This document shows, in pieces, positions 1-9,081 of a DNA stretch of 32,000 nucleotides. This stretch comes from Alkalilimnicola ehrlichii MLHE-1 (GTDB lineage: Bacteria; Pseudomonadota; Gammaproteobacteria; Nitrococcales; Halorhodospiraceae), in the NCBI RefSeq assembly GCF_000014785.1, contig NC_008340.1, positions 1,230,001 to 1,262,000 of the forward strand. Direction: 5' to 3'. The position numbers and the translations under genes are program-made. The notes beneath the pieces were generated by a model, which ran no database searches, had not been told where the DNA came from, and saw nothing but the letters and a program-made list of their open reading frames with translations. Each line of letters starts with the position of its first letter. Position 1 is the first letter of the stretch.

Positions 1-2494
1 GTAGGTCATTGACGATGGCCTGGGCATTCGCCACCCGGGGGTTCACGTTGGCCTCCACGGTGACTGTGCGTTGGCCGTCCACCCGGGTAATGCGCGCCCA
101 CTCGCGGGCTGCCTTACGTTCCGTCGCCACCGCCAGCGGTATGCGTTGGCCGTCCGGCCCGAGCACGGTGAGCTCCTCCAGTGCATCCAGGCGGTTGCGG
201 TCCCGCTCGGTGTGGCGGACCAGGATTTCCACATCGTGGGCGCCGATGCGCAGTGTGCCCCCCAGTTCCCCCAGTATGGCGGCGCGTAGCTGGCGGGCGG
301 TTGCCTCCGCCGTGAGCCCCAGCCCATGCGCGCCTTCCGCCATGCGGAACTGGTATTGCGGCTTGCCGGGCCGCAGGTCGTGCAACACGTTGTACACGCC
401 TTGGTACGTGCCCAGGGTCTCCTTCAGGTGCTCCGACGCCTGCTGAAGTTCGTCGAGGTCGTCGCCGCTCAGGCGAACCTCAATGGGGGTGCCGGCTGGG
501 CCGAAGCCAGGCTCCTGAATGACCAGGCTGTGTACGCCCGCGATGGGGCCGATGGCCTCACGCCAGGCAGCGGTCAGAGTTTCCAGGTCCACCGTGCGGC
601 GCTCCGCGGTGAGCAGGTCGACGCTGAGGGTGGCGACATGGGGGCCGGGCTCACCCGCACTGGGGTTGTGATTGAATCGCACCTGCAGGTTGCGCACCAG
701 CGAGGCACCGTCCGGCTGCTCCGGTGTGAGACGCTCATTCAGTTCTGCCATGGCCTCGCTCACCTGTTTGGCCACCGCCTCGGTGCGGGACAGGGGGGTT
801 CCCTGGGGCATCAGGATGCGGGCCTCCAGCACATCGCCGTCGATGTCGGGCATGGCCTCGGTACCCAGGTGGCCACCGACCAGGTAGCCGGCTGACGCCA
901 GCAGTATCACCAGGGTGCCGGCCAGCACCCCATGGCGGAAGCGTATGGCGCGGTCGGCCAGGCTGCCGACACCTTCCCGGAAGCGATCAAAGGCGCGGTC
1001 AAAACCTTGCCGAAGCCGTGAGTTGCCTTTGGACTGAATCCGGTCGAGACCGCCCCGGAGGTGGTGGGGCAACACCAGGAATGCCTCGATCAGGCTGGCG
1101 GTGAGTGCGGCGATGAGCACCACCGGCAAGACCTGTAAAACCGCGCCCAGCTCACCGGCCAGGAAGGACAGCGGGGTGAATACGACTACCGTGGTCAGGA
1201 AAGAGGAGATGACCCCCGGCAGCACCTGACGGGCACCTTCCACCACGGCCTCCAGCGCACGGCTGCCGGCTCGGGCGCGGGCGGAAATGTTGTCGGTGAT
1301 CACGATGGCGTGGTCCATTACCAGGCCGATGGCCATCAACAGCGCGACCAGGGTGATCATGTTGAGCGATAGTCCGGTCAAGGCCATGACCGTGAACGCG
1401 CCCAGGAACCCCACAGGCAGCCCGATGCCGGCCCAAAGGGCCAGACGCGGGCGGAAGAACAGGCTGAGCACTAGCAATACGAGGATCAGCCCGAGCAGCC
1501 CGTTGGAGACCAGCATTTGCAGCCGGTCACGGACGATCGAAGTGGCATCTTGGGTGACGGTCAGCGTCAGGGCCTCGCCCCAGCGTGCGCGCTCCGTTTC
1601 CAGCAACCCTTGCATAGCCTCCATGACATCCAGGGCATCGGCGTGGGTGGCCTTGTGCACCTCCAGCAGGACGGCGCGTCGCCCATTCATGAGCACCTTC
1701 TCCTCCGTGTGTTCCCGGTGCTCGCTCAGTCGGGCGATTTCGGACAATCGCAGTTCCCCACCACCTTCATCGGAGAGCACGACCAGCTCCCCCAGGCCGA
1801 CGAGGTCGTGGCGTTCGTCGGTGAAGCGCAGCAGGATCTCCCGGTCAGGGGTTTCCAGCGTGCCCAGCGGGCTGTCGATATTCTGGGCGGCAACGCGGGC
1901 GGCCAACTCAATGGCGGACAGACCATGCTGTGCGAGGGCGTCATGGCCTACCTCCACCTGCCACTGGCGCTGGGAGAGCCCATGCGTGATGACGTCGGCC
2001 ACCCCGGGCAGGGCGATCAGGCGATCCTCCAGCCGCTGGGCGTAGGCCTCGTGATCGACCAGGGAGAGGTCCCCGGTGATCGCGACAGCGGCCACGAGGT
2101 CGGTGCGGTGCAGTTCCCGGACCACCGCCGGGTCGGCGCGCTCCGGGAAGTCGGTAATGGCCTTGACCTCGGTGTCGATGTCACCCAGGAACCGCGCCAT
2201 GGTGCCGCGGGGGGCCATGCTGGCGGTGGCCGAGGCGCGGTTGTCCTGGGCGGTACAGACGAATTCGTCCAGGTGTTCCACGCCTTTGACGGCATCGTGC
2301 AGACGCCGGCAGATGTTGTCCTCCACGTCGGCGGCGCTGGCCCCCCGGTACGCCACCTCGATGCTGACCTCGCCGGGACGGTAGTCCGGGAAGGTCTCCC
2401 GCTGCAGGGTGGGGGCCGCGAACAGGCCGACCGCCACCAGAATGACCAGCACCAGGTTGGCGGCGGTGGGGTGCGCGGCAAACCAGCGGATCAT
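1..2494 (-). CDS. RND efflux permease (AcrB/HAE-type), C-terminus lies beyond the left window edge
   Basis: Absent from the supplied ORF track because it has no in-window stop. The ATG at 2494-2492 overlaps the adaptor-gene stop (ATGA). I checked every plus-strand triplet of this frame (starts at positions = 2 mod 3) from 2 to 2494 and found no TTA/CTA/TCA, giving 831 open codons. Translation begins MIRWFAAHPTAANLVLVILVAVGLFAAPTLQRETFPDYRPGEVSIEVAYRGASAADVEDNI. It contains hydrophobic blocks (LLGLILVLLVLSLFFRPRLALWAGIGLPVGFLGAF; NMITLVALLMAIGLVMDHAIV) typical of RND permeases. It lies downstream of TetR and membrane-fusion genes. Confidence 0.85.
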   Translation of the reverse strand, partial: MIRWFAAHPTAANLVLVILVAVGLFAAPTLQRETFPDYRPGEVSIEVAYRGASAADVEDNICRRLHDAVKGVEHLDEFVCTAQDNRASATASMAPRGTMARFLGDIDTEVKAITDFPERADPAVVRELHRTDLVAAVAITGDLSLVDHEAYAQRLEDRLIALPGVADVITHGLSQRQWQVEVGHDALAQHGLSAIELAARVAAQNIDSPLGTLETPDREILLRFTDERHDLVGLGELVVLSDEGGGELRLSEIARLSEHREHTEEKVLMNGRRAVLLEVHKATHADALDVMEAMQGLLETERARWGEALTLTVTQDATSIVRDRLQMLVSNGLLGLILVLLVLSLFFRPRLALWAGIGLPVGFLGAFTVMALTGLSLNMITLVALLMAIGLVMDHAIVITDNISARARAGSRALEAVVEGARQVLPGVISSFLTTVVVFTPLSFLAGELGAVLQVLPVVLIAALTASLIEAFLVLPHHLRGGLDRIQSKGNSRLRQGFDRAFDRFREGVGSLADRAIRFRHGVLAGTLVILLASAGYLVGGHLGTEAMPDIDGDVLEARILMPQGTPLSRTEAVAKQVSEAMAELNERLTPEQPDGASLVRNLQVRFNHNPSAGEPGPHVATLSVDLLTAERRTVDLETLTAAWREAIGPIAGVHSLVIQEPGFGPAGTPIEVRLSGDDLDELQQASEHLKETLGTYQGVYNVLHDLRPGKPQYQFRMAEGAHGLGLTAEATARQLRAAILGELGGTLRIGAHDVEILVRHTERDRNRLDALEELTVLGPDGQRIPLAVATERKAAREWARITRVDGQRTVTVEANVNPRVANAQAIVNDL

Positions 2495-3858
2495 GGCTGT
2501 GTGCCCTCGGCCCGCTCACGTACCGAGGCCTCCAAGGCCTCGTCGCGTCGCGGGTCCAGCAGCATCCCGCCTATGGCTGGCACGACGTCGTCCACCACCA
2601 CCCGGTCCCCCGGCGCCAGCCCTTCCGCCAGGACCGCCAGGCCCTCCTGCCAAAAGGCCACGGATACTGCTCGCCGCTGAAGGCGGTCCTCCTCGTTCAC
2701 GAGGTAGACCTCATCCCGGTGAACGGCGTGGGCCGGGATCACCAGGCGCGGTTCGGTCAGGGGCTGGCTCAGTTCTGCCCGCAGGTACATGCCGCGTACC
2801 AGGGGCGGTCGGACGGGGGGCTGGGCTTGGCGATAGGGGTGATCCACCTGCAGGACGACCCGGGCGGTGCGGGTCTGTGGATCGAGGCCATCAACGACGC
2901 GTTTGACCTGGGCAGGCCAGACCACACCGTCCACACCCACCAGCGTTGCCTTGGCCTCCAACCCGGACAGATCCACCCGGGGCAGTGTGGCGTCGTTGGC
3001 CACCGTCAGCGGAGGCGGAGTGTCACCGCCCAGCAGCCGGCGCATTTGCTTCACCGGCACATGGGCGGTCAGTTCCGCGGCTGCAATGTTGTCCGCCCGG
3101 AACAAGCGCTGTCCGGCGTTGACATGCTGGTGGCGCTCCACCTCGACGTCGTGAACACGCAGGTCATAGGGGGCGAAAAACCGGGTGTCAGCCAGATCCT
3201 GCAAGGCGTGGTCCAGCCGGGTCTCGGTCCGCGCGCGCTGGGCCTCCAGTCGCTCGCGCCGGGCTGGAAAGAGCAGCAGTTGATTCTGCAGGCTCTGCAC
3301 GGCGTGCTCCTGCTGCAATGTCACGCGCTCCTGCTCATCCCGTTGAGCGCTGGAGACCGCCCCACGCTCGGCGAGGCGGCGCACGCGGTCCAACTCCTGC
3401 TCCGCCAGGTCCAGCCGGCGTTGCTCCAGGGCGAGCAGCCGGCGGGTATTCCGTTCCTCGTCGTCCAGCTCGCGCCGTTCCGCCCGCAGGGAGGCGAGTT
3501 CGGCGCGGGCCTCACGCTCTGCAAATTCGTATCGGCTGGGGTCGATTCGGAGAAGTAAGGCCCCTTCCGGGAGGAGGTTGCCGCTCTGCAGCTCCGGGTG
3601 CCGGTAGATTACCCGACCCGGCACGTTGGCTACGGCCGCCCAGGTCTCGGCGGGGCGTGCGACCCCATGGCCCCCGACGCGGACCCGGAGGGGTAATAGC
3701 TCGGCCCGGATATAGCGTACGGCGTGTGAGGCTTCCGGCGTTTCGATCCGCTGAGGGGGCTCGCGCAACAGGACCAGGGTGACTGCGGTGGCCAGCCCGA
3801 TCAGCAGACCCAGAAGGATGGCGGCCGGACCGGACCAGCGATGGCGCATGAGCGTCAT
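2491..3858 (-). CDS. RND efflux periplasmic adaptor (membrane fusion protein, HlyD family)
   Basis: 455-aa ORF with one N-terminal TM helix (AAILLGLLIGLATAVTLVLL) and a long Arg/Glu/Leu coiled-coil hairpin (ELASLRAERRELDDEERNTRRLLALEQRRLDLAEQELDRVRRLAERG), then a beta-rich C-terminal part. ATGA start/stop overlaps at both ends (3855-3858 and 2491-2494). Confidence 0.8.
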   Translation of the reverse strand: MTLMRHRWSGPAAILLGLLIGLATAVTLVLLREPPQRIETPEASHAVRYIRAELLPLRVRVGGHGVARPAETWAAVANVPGRVIYRHPELQSGNLLPEGALLLRIDPSRYEFAEREARAELASLRAERRELDDEERNTRRLLALEQRRLDLAEQELDRVRRLAERGAVSSAQRDEQERVTLQQEHAVQSLQNQLLLFPARRERLEAQRARTETRLDHALQDLADTRFFAPYDLRVHDVEVERHQHVNAGQRLFRADNIAAAELTAHVPVKQMRRLLGGDTPPPLTVANDATLPRVDLSGLEAKATLVGVDGVVWPAQVKRVVDGLDPQTRTARVVLQVDHPYRQAQPPVRPPLVRGMYLRAELSQPLTEPRLVIPAHAVHRDEVYLVNEEDRLQRRAVSVAFWQEGLAVLAEGLAPGDRVVVDDVVPAIGGMLLDPRRDEALEASVRERAEGTQP

Positions 3859-4493
3859 GGCCGGGCCTCCGGCGGATCAACCTTTGGCGCATGGGGGGTG
3901 GCGATACCCTGAAGGTAGAGTGCGAAGACGCGCGGCGCGACGGTGGCAGCCTGCCGCATGTCGCCACTGATCAGTGCCTGGAGCACCAGCCCCTGGATTG
4001 CGCCGATGAACTGGGTGGCCGCTGCCTCGATATCCAGGTCCGGGCGCAGCAGGCCGGCCCTGCACCCGGCCTGAAGGAGCGTCTGCAGCCGTTGCCGGTA
4101 TTTCCGAAGCAGGGCCTGTGCCATCTGGCGTGCCGGCGTCGGCTCGGGGTGTTGAAGCTCACCCAGGATCAGGCGGGGGACGCCGGGGTGGTGGACGATG
4201 AAGTCCACGTGGGTCAGGAAGAGCTGCTCCAAGGCGTCGGTGGGGCTGTCGGCCGCCTCGATGGCCTGGTCGGCCCGGCGCAAGAGCTGTCCACTGGCCC
4301 AGTCCACCACCGCTTCCCAGATGGTGGCCTTGCTGGGGAAGTGTCGGAACAGGGCCCCCTGGGTCACCCCCATGCGCTCGGCGATAGCGGCCATCGTCAC
4401 TCGCGCCGGATTGTGTTCGCCACAGAGTGCGGTCACCGCCCGGATGATCAGGGCCTTGCGCTCCTCGGCGGGCAGACGTTGACGATCTGACAT
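3855..4493 (-). CDS. TetR/AcrR-family transcriptional repressor
   Basis: MSDRQRLPAEERKALIIRAVTALCGEHNPARVTMAAIAERMGVTQGALFRHFPSKATIWEAVV is a classic TetR N-terminal HTH. The track start at 4523 is a GTG inside an operator-like palindrome; the in-frame ATG at 4493 is preferred. The stop overlaps the adaptor start. Confidence 0.85.
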   Translation of the reverse strand: MSDRQRLPAEERKALIIRAVTALCGEHNPARVTMAAIAERMGVTQGALFRHFPSKATIWEAVVDWASGQLLRRADQAIEAADSPTDALEQLFLTHVDFIVHHPGVPRLILGELQHPEPTPARQMAQALLRKYRQRLQTLLQAGCRAGLLRPDLDIEAAATQFIGAIQGLVLQALISGDMRQAATVAPRVFALYLQGIATPHAPKVDPPEARP

Positions 4494-4503
4494 GTCGGAC
4501 CTA

Positions 4504-4531
4504 TTAAGATAGTAACTACCCACTATCCTAA
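4504..4531. promoter_or_regulatory. Imperfect palindrome TTAAGATAGT-N8-ACTATCCTAA, candidate TetR operator
   Basis: 9/10 inverted-repeat arms, read directly. It lies 11 bp upstream of the tetR ATG, in the divergent intergenic region shared with the 4768 gene. Confidence 0.4.
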
Positions 4532-4767
4532 GCGTGGCCCATGTGTTTGTCTATGGGCTTGATCCGGGAATGTTGTGCCCGCTCAGGATCATATGCAGGC
4601 GGCTGTGCGTCGCCAGGTGCGGAAGCCGGTTGCCTCGCCGGGACCGGGACAAAACGCCGCACGGGAGTTCTCCCCTGCAAGGCGCCATAATGTGGTATGC
4701 GGAATGACCGTTATCGGCGCCCCGCCGACCGTACGGTGCGACCGCTCCGAATGAACGGGAGCCCACC

Positions 4768-7700
4768 ATGTCACCTGATGCGCAAGTTCCCCCCGAAGCC
4801 GGTGGCCCACAGGGACGCGATTTTCCCCTGGGTATCGCCGGCTTCCGTTACGCGGATCTCCACAACCCGGCGCAGCTTGCGGAACTGTTGAGCGTTTTCG
4901 ACCAATTCCTGGCGACGGACGATCCGGTATTGTTCGAGGTCTTTCAGCAGTACCGGACGGCCGGGGCGGGGGATCTCTCGGCCACGGAACGCTCGGCGGT
5001 ACTCACCGGGGTGGCCCCGCAAGTGAGCCGTTTTCTGGCCCGCCTCTTTGGGATCGAGAGCGAATGGGGTCGACTCCGGGAACGCGTTCAGCGGGAGTTG
5101 GATACCGTCATGGCCTACCGGGACCAAGTGGTCGCGAAGGTCCGGAAGCGCTTTGCCCCCGAGGATCTAGCCGACTGGGACCTGGAGACCCTGGACCGCG
5201 AGGTCTCTGTGCTCCAAGAGGCATTGTCCGGGAGCGATAACCCAGTCGAAGACCCGGAGCGGGCGCTTGCCGCGAGCGCCATGTCCGTGCTGCAGGCCAT
5301 GGAGACGGGGCACGACCCCGATGGCGTAACGGCCCTTCGGCAGTCACTGGAGGCGCATCCCGATGGCCCCACATTGCTGGCGGAGGCGCTGTCGGAGAGC
5401 ACCCCGCAGGCCTTCTTGGCCGCGCTTCTCAACCGGATAGAACGCTGGACTTTCGCCGCCGTTCAATCCACCGCAATCGGTGCCCAAACGCATGGTTGGA
5501 CGGCGCTGCGGGGACGGGCCAAGACGGACTTTGAGAACCAAGTGCCGTGCGAGCCCGTGGCGCGGGAGGGGTATACGGCGTATCGCACCGACGTGACGCG
5601 AAGGCGGGATGGGTTCGCACTCACTGATCCGGGTCTGCCGCTAAGGCGGATCGTGGACGAGGTGGAGCACTGCCTCTACTGCCACGATCGCGACCGGGAC
5701 TTCTGCTCCAAGGGTATGCGCGCAAAGGCGGGTGGTTTTCGCAACAACCCCTTGGGCACGCCCATGGTGGGCTGTCCGCTGGAGGAGAAGATCTCAGAGG
5801 CGCAATATCTCAAGCACCGGGGCGACAGCCTGGCCGCCCTGGCGGTGGTTATGGTGGACAACCCTATGGTGCCCGGGACCGGCCACCGCATCTGCAAGGA
5901 CTGCGTCACCGCCTGTATCTATCAGAAGGTCGAGCCGGTGGCGATCCCGGAGGTGGAAACGGCCATCCTGCGCGAGGTGCTTGCCCTGCCTTACGGCTTC
6001 GAGATCTACAGCCTGCTCACCCGGTGGAACCCCCTGCACGTCCAGCGCCCCCACATGCTGCCCTACAACGGCAAGAATGTGCTGGTTGCCGGTATGGGGC
6101 CGGCAGGTTACACCCTGGCCCACTACCTGTTGAATGAGGGGTTTGGCGTTGTCGGCATCGATGGCCTGAAGATTGAGCCCCTGCCCGATGAGTTGACTGG
6201 CGTCGCCAGCGGCGTTCCCGCGCCGGTGCGCGATTTCGACACCCTCTACGAGCGACTGGATGAACGGACGGTACTTGGCTTCGGCGGGGTCGCCGAGTAT
6301 GGCATTACCGCTCGCTGGGACAAGAACTTCCTCAAGGTCATCTATCTGACGCTAGCACGACGCCGCGCATTCCGCTGCTTTGGGGGGGTGCGCCTGGGTG
6401 GCACCCTGACGGTGGACGACGCCTGGGCCCTCGGCTTTCATCACATTGCGATCGCCGCCGGGGCCGGCAAGCCGACGGTCATCGGGCTTGAGAACAATCT
6501 GGTGCGCGGCATCCGTCAGGCATCGGACTTTCTGATGGGGCTGCAGCTGACCGGTGCGGCCCAGCGCAACGCCCTGGCCAACATGCAGGTTCGCCTGCCC
6601 GCCGGAGTGGTGGGGGGCGGGCTGACGGCCGTGGATACCACCACGGAGCTCCTCGCCTACTACCCCATCCAGGTGGAGCGAACGTTGGAGCGGTACGAGG
6701 CTGTGGTCAGCCGCTTTGGAGAGGAAGCGGTCCTGGCCGAATATGACGGCGAGGAACGCGAGATCCTTGACGAGTTTCTGGACCATGGCCGCGCCGTCCG
6801 GGCCGAGCGCGCCCGGGCAGAGCAGGCAGGGGAGTGCCCTGACTTCGCGCATCTGCTGTCGGGATGGGGGGGCGTCACGCTCTTCTACCGCAAGGGGTTG
6901 CATGACGCGCCGGCCTATCGGCAGAACCACGACGAGCTGGTCAGGGCCATGGAGGAGGGCCTGATTCTGGCTGATGGTATGGCACCGCAATCGGCCATGG
7001 CAGACGGGCATGGCCACCTGAAGGCCGTTCGTTTTGAGAAGATGCATCAGCAGGAGGATGGCGACTGGGTGGCCGGTGGTGAGACACTCACCTTGCCCCT
7101 TCGGACCCTGGTAGTGGCCGCCGGTACCTCACCCAACGTGGCCTACGAAAGGGAGCACCCGGGCACCTTCGAGCTGGATGGCAAATTCTTCCGTGCCTTC
7201 GAGCCCGGAGAGGACGCCCCACACCTGACGCCGGTGGGCGAGAACCAGCCCACCCCAAAAATTGGTAACCCGGCACCCTTCACCTCCTATGAACATGACG
7301 GCCGCCGCGTGTCCTTCTTCGGCGACAACCATCCCGTTTACGCAGGCAACGTGGTGCGCGCCATGGCCAGCGCCAAGGACGGTTATCCATACATCGTCGA
7401 CCTCTTCCGTCAGGCGCTCGACAGCCTGGACCCGGCCGATCAGCCGCAACGGGATGCGGCCATAAGCCGGTTGCTGGCGCACCTGGATGATCAGCTCCAG
7501 GCACGCGTACAGACGGTGCGGCGGCTGGCACCCAGTATTGTCGAGGTGGTGGCGCGTGCGCCGCTGCAGGCGCGCAACTTCCAGCCCGGGCAGTTCTACC
7601 GGGTACAGAACTACGCGTCGTGCGCCCCGCGGATGAACGGCGTGCCGCTGGTCACCGAGGGGATGGCGCTGACCGGGGCCTGGGTGGATAGGGCGCAGGG

Positions 7701-8481
7701 CCTGGTTTCGGTCATCGTGCTGGAAGTGGGCGCCTCGTCCCGCCTCTGTGCCACTTGGCAACCCGGCGACCCGCTGGTGCTGATGGGACCGACCGGTGCC
7801 CCCACCGAGATACCGGCTGGCGAGACGGTGCTGCTGGCCGGAGGCGGCCTGGGTAACGCCGTGCTCTTCTCCATCGGCCGGGCGTTGCGGGCGGCGGGTA
7901 GCCGGGTGCTTTACTTCGCCGGTTACCGTAACCCCGGCGACATCTATAAGGTTGACGAGATCGAGGCGGCGGCAGACGTAGTCGTCTGGAGTGTTGATCC
8001 CGGTCCCGGGGTGCAACCGGTGGTGGCACGCCGCCCACAGGATCGCAGCGTCGTCGGTAACATTGTGGAGGCAATGACCGCGTATGCCGCTGGTGAGTTA
8101 GGGTCGACTGCAGTGCCCATGGGAGCGGTGGATCGCATCATGGCCATCGGCTCCGATCGCATGATGGCGGCGGTGAAAGCAGCCCGTCGCGGGGCGCTTG
8201 AGCCTTATCTGAAACCTGGCCACGTGGCGCTCGGCTCCATCAACTCGCCGATGCAGTGCATGATGAAAGCGGTCTGTGCCCAGTGCCTGTGCCGGCAGGA
8301 GGATCCGGATAGCGGTGAGGAGCGGTTTGTCTTCAGCTGCTGTGAGCAGGATCAGCCCCTCGATGCCGTGGACTTTGAGCACCTGAACGGACGGCTGCGA
8401 CAGAATTCAGTCCAGGAGAAACTGACCAACCGGTGGCTCGATCTGCTCCTTGCGGAGGCCCCTGACATACCCAGGGTATAA
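4768..8481 (+). CDS. Large multidomain iron-sulfur flavoprotein: about 290-aa unassigned N-terminal region + GltD/NfnB-like domain + PyrK/NfnA-like ferredoxin-reductase-type domain
   Basis: GGGAG RBS 6 nt upstream of the ATG. GltD-type Cys region HCLYCHDRDRDFCSKG...GCPLEEKI...HRICKDCVTACIY. Dinucleotide fold VLVAGMGPAGYTLAHYLLNEGFGVVGIDG, with a second Rossmann-like VVGGGLTAVD. The C-terminal part has FQPGQFYRV, LLAGGGLGNAVLFSIGRAL and the Cys cluster CMMKAVCAQCLC...FSCC, as in PyrK-like 2Fe-2S electron-transfer subunits. Confidence 0.75.
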   Translation: MSPDAQVPPEAGGPQGRDFPLGIAGFRYADLHNPAQLAELLSVFDQFLATDDPVLFEVFQQYRTAGAGDLSATERSAVLTGVAPQVSRFLARLFGIESEWGRLRERVQRELDTVMAYRDQVVAKVRKRFAPEDLADWDLETLDREVSVLQEALSGSDNPVEDPERALAASAMSVLQAMETGHDPDGVTALRQSLEAHPDGPTLLAEALSESTPQAFLAALLNRIERWTFAAVQSTAIGAQTHGWTALRGRAKTDFENQVPCEPVAREGYTAYRTDVTRRRDGFALTDPGLPLRRIVDEVEHCLYCHDRDRDFCSKGMRAKAGGFRNNPLGTPMVGCPLEEKISEAQYLKHRGDSLAALAVVMVDNPMVPGTGHRICKDCVTACIYQKVEPVAIPEVETAILREVLALPYGFEIYSLLTRWNPLHVQRPHMLPYNGKNVLVAGMGPAGYTLAHYLLNEGFGVVGIDGLKIEPLPDELTGVASGVPAPVRDFDTLYERLDERTVLGFGGVAEYGITARWDKNFLKVIYLTLARRRAFRCFGGVRLGGTLTVDDAWALGFHHIAIAAGAGKPTVIGLENNLVRGIRQASDFLMGLQLTGAAQRNALANMQVRLPAGVVGGGLTAVDTTTELLAYYPIQVERTLERYEAVVSRFGEEAVLAEYDGEEREILDEFLDHGRAVRAERARAEQAGECPDFAHLLSGWGGVTLFYRKGLHDAPAYRQNHDELVRAMEEGLILADGMAPQSAMADGHGHLKAVRFEKMHQQEDGDWVAGGETLTLPLRTLVVAAGTSPNVAYEREHPGTFELDGKFFRAFEPGEDAPHLTPVGENQPTPKIGNPAPFTSYEHDGRRVSFFGDNHPVYAGNVVRAMASAKDGYPYIVDLFRQALDSLDPADQPQRDAAISRLLAHLDDQLQARVQTVRRLAPSIVEVVARAPLQARNFQPGQFYRVQNYASCAPRMNGVPLVTEGMALTGAWVDRAQGLVSVIVLEVGASSRLCATWQPGDPLVLMGPTGAPTEIPAGETVLLAGGGLGNAVLFSIGRALRAAGSRVLYFAGYRNPGDIYKVDEIEAAADVVVWSVDPGPGVQPVVARRPQDRSVVGNIVEAMTAYAAGELGSTAVPMGAVDRIMAIGSDRMMAAVKAARRGALEPYLKPGHVALGSINSPMQCMMKAVCAQCLCRQEDPDSGEERFVFSCCEQDQPLDAVDFEHLNGRLRQNSVQEKLTNRWLDLLLAEAPDIPRV

Positions 8482-8767
8482 GCCGCCCGGGGGGCACGGG
8501 TGGAAAAGAAGAGGCCCTCGGTCCGGCCGCCGAGGCGTGTGCCGGATGAGGGCCATAACCACTACGGAGAGGGTTGAATGGACACGGCCTTCTTAAAGCA
8601 GAAATCGGGCCAACTCATGAATACCGAAAAATCAATTGGTTACGAGGAGGGTGCCTGGTCCGGGTAGGGCAAATCGCCCACACGATCCGTTGCCTGCCAC
8701 GATCCGACTCTGAGTGCCGGTGGCGCACCCGGTCCGGGTGACGCGGCGGGGAGGTGCGCGGTTGTCT

Positions 8768-8779
8768 CCCCCCCCCCCC
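8768..8779. repeat. C12 homopolymer tract (intergenic)
   Basis: Counted directly: 12 consecutive C at 8768-8779. Confidence 0.9.
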
Positions 8780-8784
8780 ACACC

Positions 8785-9013
8785 GTCACTGCGAGGAGGC
8801 GAAGCCGAAGTGGCAGTCTACCGCCCTGGATCGCCACGGGCCTTCGGCCCTCGCGATGACGGGGGGAAAGCCTTCGGCCCTGGCAATGACGGGGGTGCCC
8901 CGTTCCTCGTTGATTCGGGCCCGCGCAGCGGGGAGGGGGGCTCGCGATGACGGGGGTGTGCCGTCCTTCGTAGATTCGGGCTCGCGCAGCGGGGGTGGGG
9001 CTCGCAATGAGGA
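8785..9013. repeat. Cluster of GC-rich palindromic (REP-like) elements with degenerate tandem units
   Basis: GTCACTGCGAGG...CCTCGCGATGAC is a long imperfect palindrome. Units GCCTTCGGCCCTCGCGATGACGGGGG (8840-8865) and GCCTTCGGCCCTGGCAATGACGGGGG (8870-8895) match 24/26. Two units of about 58 bp (8896-8956 and 8957-9013) share TTCGGGC(C/T)CGCGCAGCGGGG...GGGGCTCGC(G/A)ATGA. The GGGCC-TTC-GGCCC hairpin cores sit in a noncoding context. Confidence 0.8.
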
Positions 9014-9030
9014 TGTATTCAGTGCTTCCA

Positions 9031-9069
9031 CAAAAACAAAAAAGGGGTTAGGCCGCTAGACCTAACCCC
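9031..9069 (-). terminator. Rho-independent terminator (original tRNA-Asn terminator displaced by the insertion)
   Basis: Stem GGGGTTAGG (9044-9052) / CCTAACCCC (9061-9069) with an 8-nt loop. On the minus strand it is followed by TTTTTTGTTTTTG. It lies immediately 3-prime of the tRNA fragment at 9082-9129. Confidence 0.6.
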
Positions 9070-9081
9070 TCTTCGCTTCTT

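Noticed and set aside
326-2680. Plus-strand ORFs 326-895, 1287-2045 and 1517-2680 (up to 387 aa)
   Set aside because: All lie antisense to the verified RND permease frame. Their translations are low-complexity (Ser/Arg/Pro/Gly-rich) without motifs.
2719-3558. 279-aa plus-strand ORF
   Set aside because: It is antisense to the membrane-fusion protein gene, which has a TM anchor, coiled coil and translational coupling.
6352-8016. Minus-strand ORFs 6352-7047 and 7129-8016
   Set aside because: They are antisense to the 1237-aa flavoprotein gene, whose Fe-S and Rossmann motifs fix the coding strand.
8578-8667. 29-codon ORF (MDTAFLKQKSGQLMNTEKSIGYEEGAWSG) with GGAGAGG 6 nt upstream
   Set aside because: I did not call it as a feature. 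It is too short to support from sequence alone and I cannot check conservation. It is noted only because the RBS spacing is good and the local GC is lower.
8820-9013. Possible CRISPR array (tandem units with 30- and 58-bp periods)
   Set aside because: The units are degenerate and contiguous, and there are no unique spacers of uniform length. There are no cas genes, and the pattern is that of nested REP-like palindromes.
8640-9059. ORFs 8640-8837(-), 8714-8950(+), 8754-9059(+) and 8786-9031(-)
   Set aside because: They lie within REP-like palindromic repeats and the C12 tract. Mutually overlapping ORFs on both strands with Gly/Arg/Pro-rich repetitive translations are typical repeat artefacts.
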